64,000 nucleotides of DNA from a bacterium (GTDB lineage Bacteria; Zhuqueibacterota; Zhuqueibacteria; Residuimicrobiales; Krinioviventaceae), in the NCBI GenBank assembly GCA_963693055.1, contig OY843751.1:1056001-1120000 (forward strand). Direction: 5' to 3'. The translations under genes were made by a program, and so were the position numbers. Positions 60,061 to 64,000 of the stretch are shown one piece after another. Within the stretch, counting starts at the first letter, position 1. Every line of letters begins with the position of its first letter. The notes under the pieces were generated by a model. It made no database searches. It was not told where the DNA came from and saw nothing but the letters and a program-made list of their open reading frames with translations.

Positions 60061-60089
60061 TTGACAGTAATTATTTTTTTTTGTAATAT
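60061..60089 (+). promoter_or_regulatory. Sigma70 promoter
   Basis: TTGACA-N17-TAATAT. Confidence 0.7.
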
Positions 60090-60233
60090 CAAAAAGGGAA
60101 GCAAATTTTTTTATTATTTAAAGTAAAAATTCCAAATTTCGGGGCGACTCACGGGGACTCGGTGATGTACCGGGTGAGAATCAGAATTAATATTATTCAG
60201 TTATTCATTTACAACTGTTATTGGAAGATTATT

Positions 60234-62378
60234 ATGATGAACAGATTAATAGTTGTCTTAATGCTTGGATTATCCTCTTTATTGTTTGCGCAAACCTGGA
60301 CTGTACAAAATCCATTACCAACTGAAGCTTATCTATATAATGTTTGTACTGTTACTGAACAGAACATTATTATAGGTGGGTTAGGCGGTACATTGTTAAA
60401 GAGTTATGACGCGGGAAATACCTGGATTACACAAAAAATCAAAGAACTTGAAAATATTCGTAAAATCTGTTTTACTGACAGTTTGAATGGTTGGCTGATT
60501 GACAGTTTTTATTTATATCAAACAACAGATGGAGGAGAGACGTGGAAGAACGTGAATATCAGTAATATGGTTAATATTGTTGATTTTACGGATTATTATT
60601 TAACAGATTTATTCTGCTTTCATAACAAATTTTACCTGTTTCTAAAACCACAAACAGCCGTTGTAGACGAATTGATTGGAATAACCAGTATTGTTCTCGA
60701 AAGTAGTGATTATGGAAAAACCTGGAAAAAACAGGAGCAGCAATTAAACGGCAAATTTTTATGCGCTCATTTCCTGAATGAAAGTACTGGTTATGTTTAT
60801 ACGGAAGTTACTGTAAGCCTGGGAGAATCATATAATCTTTGTTATCTCACACGTGATGGTGGTCTCTCCTGGAATAGTTTTCAATTTCCGGTCACGTATT
60901 TTACAACCAGTATCTACTTTATAAATTCAGGCACCGGTTTTGTAGGAAAGTATCGGTCCCCAAACGGTGGAAATACCTGGGAAAATGTATTTCCTGCTCT
61001 GGAAGAATCGGAAAGTATTAATGATATGTATTTTACAGATAATTTGAATGGTTGGGCAATTTCTGACTTTCGGATTTTTCAAACCCATGATGCCGGAGAA
61101 ACCTGGAAACCTATAGAAAAGGAAGACGCTGGCAAATTGGTAGATATTGTTTTTTCCCCCTCTCAAAACGGTTGGATTGTTGGCGGTGATGGTACGATAT
61201 TTCGAAAAATGAATACCAATGCAAACTGGGAATACTTGAGCAGAGGGCACAGGACAGCTTTGCGAGATGTTTTTTTTATAGATGAAAACACCGGTTGGTG
61301 TGTTGGCGACAAAGGATATATTTTACACACCCAAAATAGTGGGGACAACTGGGAAAAGCTCAATGTGCCTGTGGACAATATATTATTCAAAGTCATATTT
61401 TTAAATCATCTTGATGGCTGGGTAGCGGGAAATAATGTTTTGTTGAGAACAACTGACGGGGGGAAAAAATGGTCCGTTTTAATAAATAATAGTAAATGTA
61501 AATTTGTGGATATTGCTTTCTTTGATGATAATACTGGTTTGTTGATTGATTATTGGGGGAATATATACAGGACTATCAATGGGGGGGGAGAATGGGAGTT
61601 GTTAGCAGAGTCGCCTGTTTTTTTAACCAGTATTGAAATTGTGAATGAGCAGGAAGCCTGGATTGGCGGCTGGTTCGGATTAATGCACATGACTGAAAAA
61701 GGAGATGTTATAAATTGGTATGATGTTCCGGAATTAAATAAAGTATTGGATATCCAATTTGTTAATACAACAACAGGTTTTCTAATGACAGAATACGGTA
61801 CACTTTTTAAAACGATTAATGGGGGCTGGGACTGGATAGAAATGGCAAGGGGAAATGGCGTTGAAGATGATCCGATACAGGCTTTTCGAATGATCGATAA
61901 CACTAATGGTTGGATTTATTCAGACAAATTGGGTGGGGCGATAAAAAATATTTATACCAATAGTATAATGATTCAAACGGATATTGAACAATACAAGGTA
62001 CCTACGATCAGAGCTTTTTCTTTTGTTAATGAAAACCTGGGGTGGGCGGTTGGATTAAACTCAGCGATATTAAAATATTCAAATGCTAATGATACCCCTA
62101 TATTTCCGGGTTTAGAAAAAAGTAAACAGCATGTTCATGTTTTTCCCAATCCTTTCCGGGAACAACAATATATCATTTTTAAGCTAGGTCAACGGCAATT
62201 AGTAAAAATTGATATCTATAATTTATTGGGTGAAAAAATTGAATCAGTTCATAATGATTATTTAAATGAAGGAATACAGGTTTTACGCTGGTCAAACGAG
62301 TATGCTTCTGGTGTTTACTTTATAACCGTGAAATGTGACGAGTTTGTGGAAACATGTAAAAGTACTACTTTTCATTAA
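60234..62378 (+). CDS. YCF48/BNR-repeat beta-propeller protein with T9SS-like C-terminal domain
   Basis: Many T.DGG..W Asp-boxes and F.D...GW repeats; VFPNPF...IYNLLGE...SGVYF; signal peptide from ATG 60234. Confidence 0.88.
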   Translation: MMNRLIVVLMLGLSSLLFAQTWTVQNPLPTEAYLYNVCTVTEQNIIIGGLGGTLLKSYDAGNTWITQKIKELENIRKICFTDSLNGWLIDSFYLYQTTDGGETWKNVNISNMVNIVDFTDYYLTDLFCFHNKFYLFLKPQTAVVDELIGITSIVLESSDYGKTWKKQEQQLNGKFLCAHFLNESTGYVYTEVTVSLGESYNLCYLTRDGGLSWNSFQFPVTYFTTSIYFINSGTGFVGKYRSPNGGNTWENVFPALEESESINDMYFTDNLNGWAISDFRIFQTHDAGETWKPIEKEDAGKLVDIVFSPSQNGWIVGGDGTIFRKMNTNANWEYLSRGHRTALRDVFFIDENTGWCVGDKGYILHTQNSGDNWEKLNVPVDNILFKVIFLNHLDGWVAGNNVLLRTTDGGKKWSVLINNSKCKFVDIAFFDDNTGLLIDYWGNIYRTINGGGEWELLAESPVFLTSIEIVNEQEAWIGGWFGLMHMTEKGDVINWYDVPELNKVLDIQFVNTTTGFLMTEYGTLFKTINGGWDWIEMARGNGVEDDPIQAFRMIDNTNGWIYSDKLGGAIKNIYTNSIMIQTDIEQYKVPTIRAFSFVNENLGWAVGLNSAILKYSNANDTPIFPGLEKSKQHVHVFPNPFREQQYIIFKLGQRQLVKIDIYNLLGEKIESVHNDYLNEGIQVLRWSNEYASGVYFITVKCDEFVETCKSTTFH

Positions 62379-62593
62379 AAGAAAGGAGGGGGAAATAATT
62401 ATTTATATCTTTCTAATTTAGTTCGTTAAACAGTTAACCGATGCAAAGGAGTAAAAAATGAAAAGATCATTTACCTTGATCGCGATACATATTCATGTAT
62501 CGCGGAATATTGTATTGGGGAAGTTCATCCCATAAAAGATGATAAAGTATGTTAGTTTATTGAGGATTGCAGCATTGATCAATGTTTATGTAA

Positions 62594-63391
62594 AACTGGG
62601 ACTATTTCGGTGCCCGGTTTTATGATGCGAGTCTGGCAAGGTTTACCACTGTTGACCCGTTAGATGAATTCAGTTCTCCATATATTTATTGTGGCAATAA
62701 TCCCATTGCCTATACTGATCCAACAGGATTAGCAACATATACAGATAGTACAGGAAATGTCTTACATGTTGATAATAAGGGTAAAGGTGTATATAAGTAT
62801 AATGTTGGTAGCGATTATTCTGGTACATTTTTACAGGAATGTGGAACTTTAATGGGAGAAACAATGGAGTGGAATTCTTTTACCTTAAATGGCGATGGTA
62901 AAACTCCATTTGGTAAAATTGATTTTGGATCTACTGCTGCCTCTGATTGGATTTCAAAATCAACAAATGAATTAAAAGATTTTCGTAATACTTTTATAAG
63001 GAGTGACAATATTGTTGAAAGTTTTGCTATGGGAAGCATACAAGCAATGATACATTATATGCAAAACGGGGGAAATGGTGAATATTATGATTTTAAGAAT
63101 GGAACCAAGACATATCAATATAGTGGTTCTCAAATTCACCCAGGTATTTATGTGACCAGACGTGATGCTGGAAATTATATGGCGGGTGTAGCTGCCAGAA
63201 TTGGTTTAATGCCTGAAAAATGGTCACTACGTTTTGCAGGTGCTTTTAATGCCGCTGGAAATCCAACTTTAAATAAAGATGGAATCCAAAGAATAGTCAA
63301 GGAACTTACAAACCGATTTATGGATGGACCTCCTTATGGAGAAACTCCTTTATCGCATCAATTTCAAAAAAATGGATATAGAAATAAATAA
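62594..63391 (+). pseudogene. Orphan Rhs core end plus C-terminal toxin (Ntox44-like)
   Basis: Open frame from 62594 reads WDYFGARFYDASLARFTTVDPL...PYIYCGNNPIAYTDPTGL and continues into ORF 62852-63391 (DFK, GNYMAG motifs); no start codon before the core. Confidence 0.85.
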
Positions 63392-63428
63392 TGTATCATT
63401 CAAATTGAACATTTTTTATGGATATGAT

Positions 63429-63863
63429 ATGAAAATAAGTGTTTTATTCTTTATAAGCGTGTTTTTTTTAATTATTTTAAATTGTATTAATTTTGAGGAT
63501 GAAATTGATTTTATTCATATTGAATCCAAGATTAATAAAAATTTAACAATAGTTCGACATCATATCTATGGTAATGATACTGCTGGAGGCTATTACATTG
63601 TCAATGGATTTCGAGATGAAAACAAGGGTATTCCACAAAATAATTATGTAAAAATCAGCGAACATACATTACCTCTCTGGATTAATATGAATAATGATGA
63701 ACAAATAATTATTTTGTATAGTATGGGAGAAATATGTGAAAATAAACTGATTGATGACAAAATTATAATTAAACAAATTGATTCTTTAGATGATATAAAA
63801 GAAAAGTATGGTTATGATCCTGATAATTTTAAAGTTTATGACATTAACAAAATGGGTTATTGA
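63429..63863 (+). CDS. Putative immunity protein (lipoprotein-like signal)
   Basis: Directly downstream of the toxin; very AT-rich; MKISVLFFISVFFLIILNC. Confidence 0.65.
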   Translation: MKISVLFFISVFFLIILNCINFEDEIDFIHIESKINKNLTIVRHHIYGNDTAGGYYIVNGFRDENKGIPQNNYVKISEHTLPLWINMNNDEQIIILYSMGEICENKLIDDKIIIKQIDSLDDIKEKYGYDPDNFKVYDINKMGY

Positions 63864-64000
63864 ATTTTTTCTGTGGTCTATAGACATGATTTAAAAAGTA
63901 AGTGTTATTATATTGCCGGACAAGTATAATAAATCAACAAAGTGCTTGATCGCGATTCATATTCATGTATCGAGAGATATTGGATTGGGGACATTCGTCC

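Larger units (their letters stand above)
62475..64000 (+). repeat. 56-bp direct repeats with internal palindrome (62475-62530 and 63945-64000) flanking the Rhs-CT cassette
   Basis: 48/56 identical by hand count; CGCGATACAT-ATTC-ATGTATCGCG palindrome in copy 1. Confidence 0.9.

Noticed and set aside
60162-60233. N-terminal extension of the YCF48-like ORF; leader hairpin 60150-60180 as a riboswitch
   Set aside because: The signal peptide starts at ATG 60234; the GC-rich leader hairpin matches no riboswitch I recognise.
62475-64000. CRISPR array
   Set aside because: Only two copies, 1470 bp apart, with genes between them; no cas genes.

Overview
A 64-kb, AT-rich, gene-dense bacterial window. 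The organism is probably from the FCB superphylum (KSB1/Calditrichota/Ignavibacteria-like); this is inferred from five proteins ending in a YPNPFNP-type FlgD/T9SS-like sorting domain, a TonB-dependent receptor with a DUF4249 partner, and DUF1080 proteins. Most of the window encodes carbohydrate and peptide utilisation (GH16, GH97, GH92, GH106-like, a degenerate GH63/MGH1-like protein, a 2590-aa multimodular GH31 protein, an M1 aminopeptidase, MFS transporters) and signalling (two histidine kinases, an ECF sigma/anti-sigma/GWxTD-like operon, PadR). The standout locus is 4532-9610. It holds three Sec-secreted ~70-aa peptides with 10 Cys each (one split by a 1-nt frameshift), two duplicated putative lipoproteins with near-identical ends and a divergent middle, a TlpA-like CxxC protein, and a CxxC protein carrying a flavinylation motif. 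Each peptide gene is enclosed by a long-range 5'UTR/3'UTR inverted repeat. These repeats show compensatory changes and G-U pairs that work only on the sense strand, which points to a conserved RNA 'clamp'. A fourth, unrelated gene (43352-43732) is enclosed in the same way. The window ends in an orphan Rhs C-terminal toxin (Ntox44-like) and immunity cassette bounded by 56-bp palindrome-containing direct repeats. Also seen: a poly-A frameshifted lipoprotein protease, an in-frame amber codon, and two candidate anti-SD sRNAs. I recognised no rRNA, tRNA, CRISPR array or transposase. All alignments and counts were done by eye; family assignments rest on recalled motifs, not database searches.
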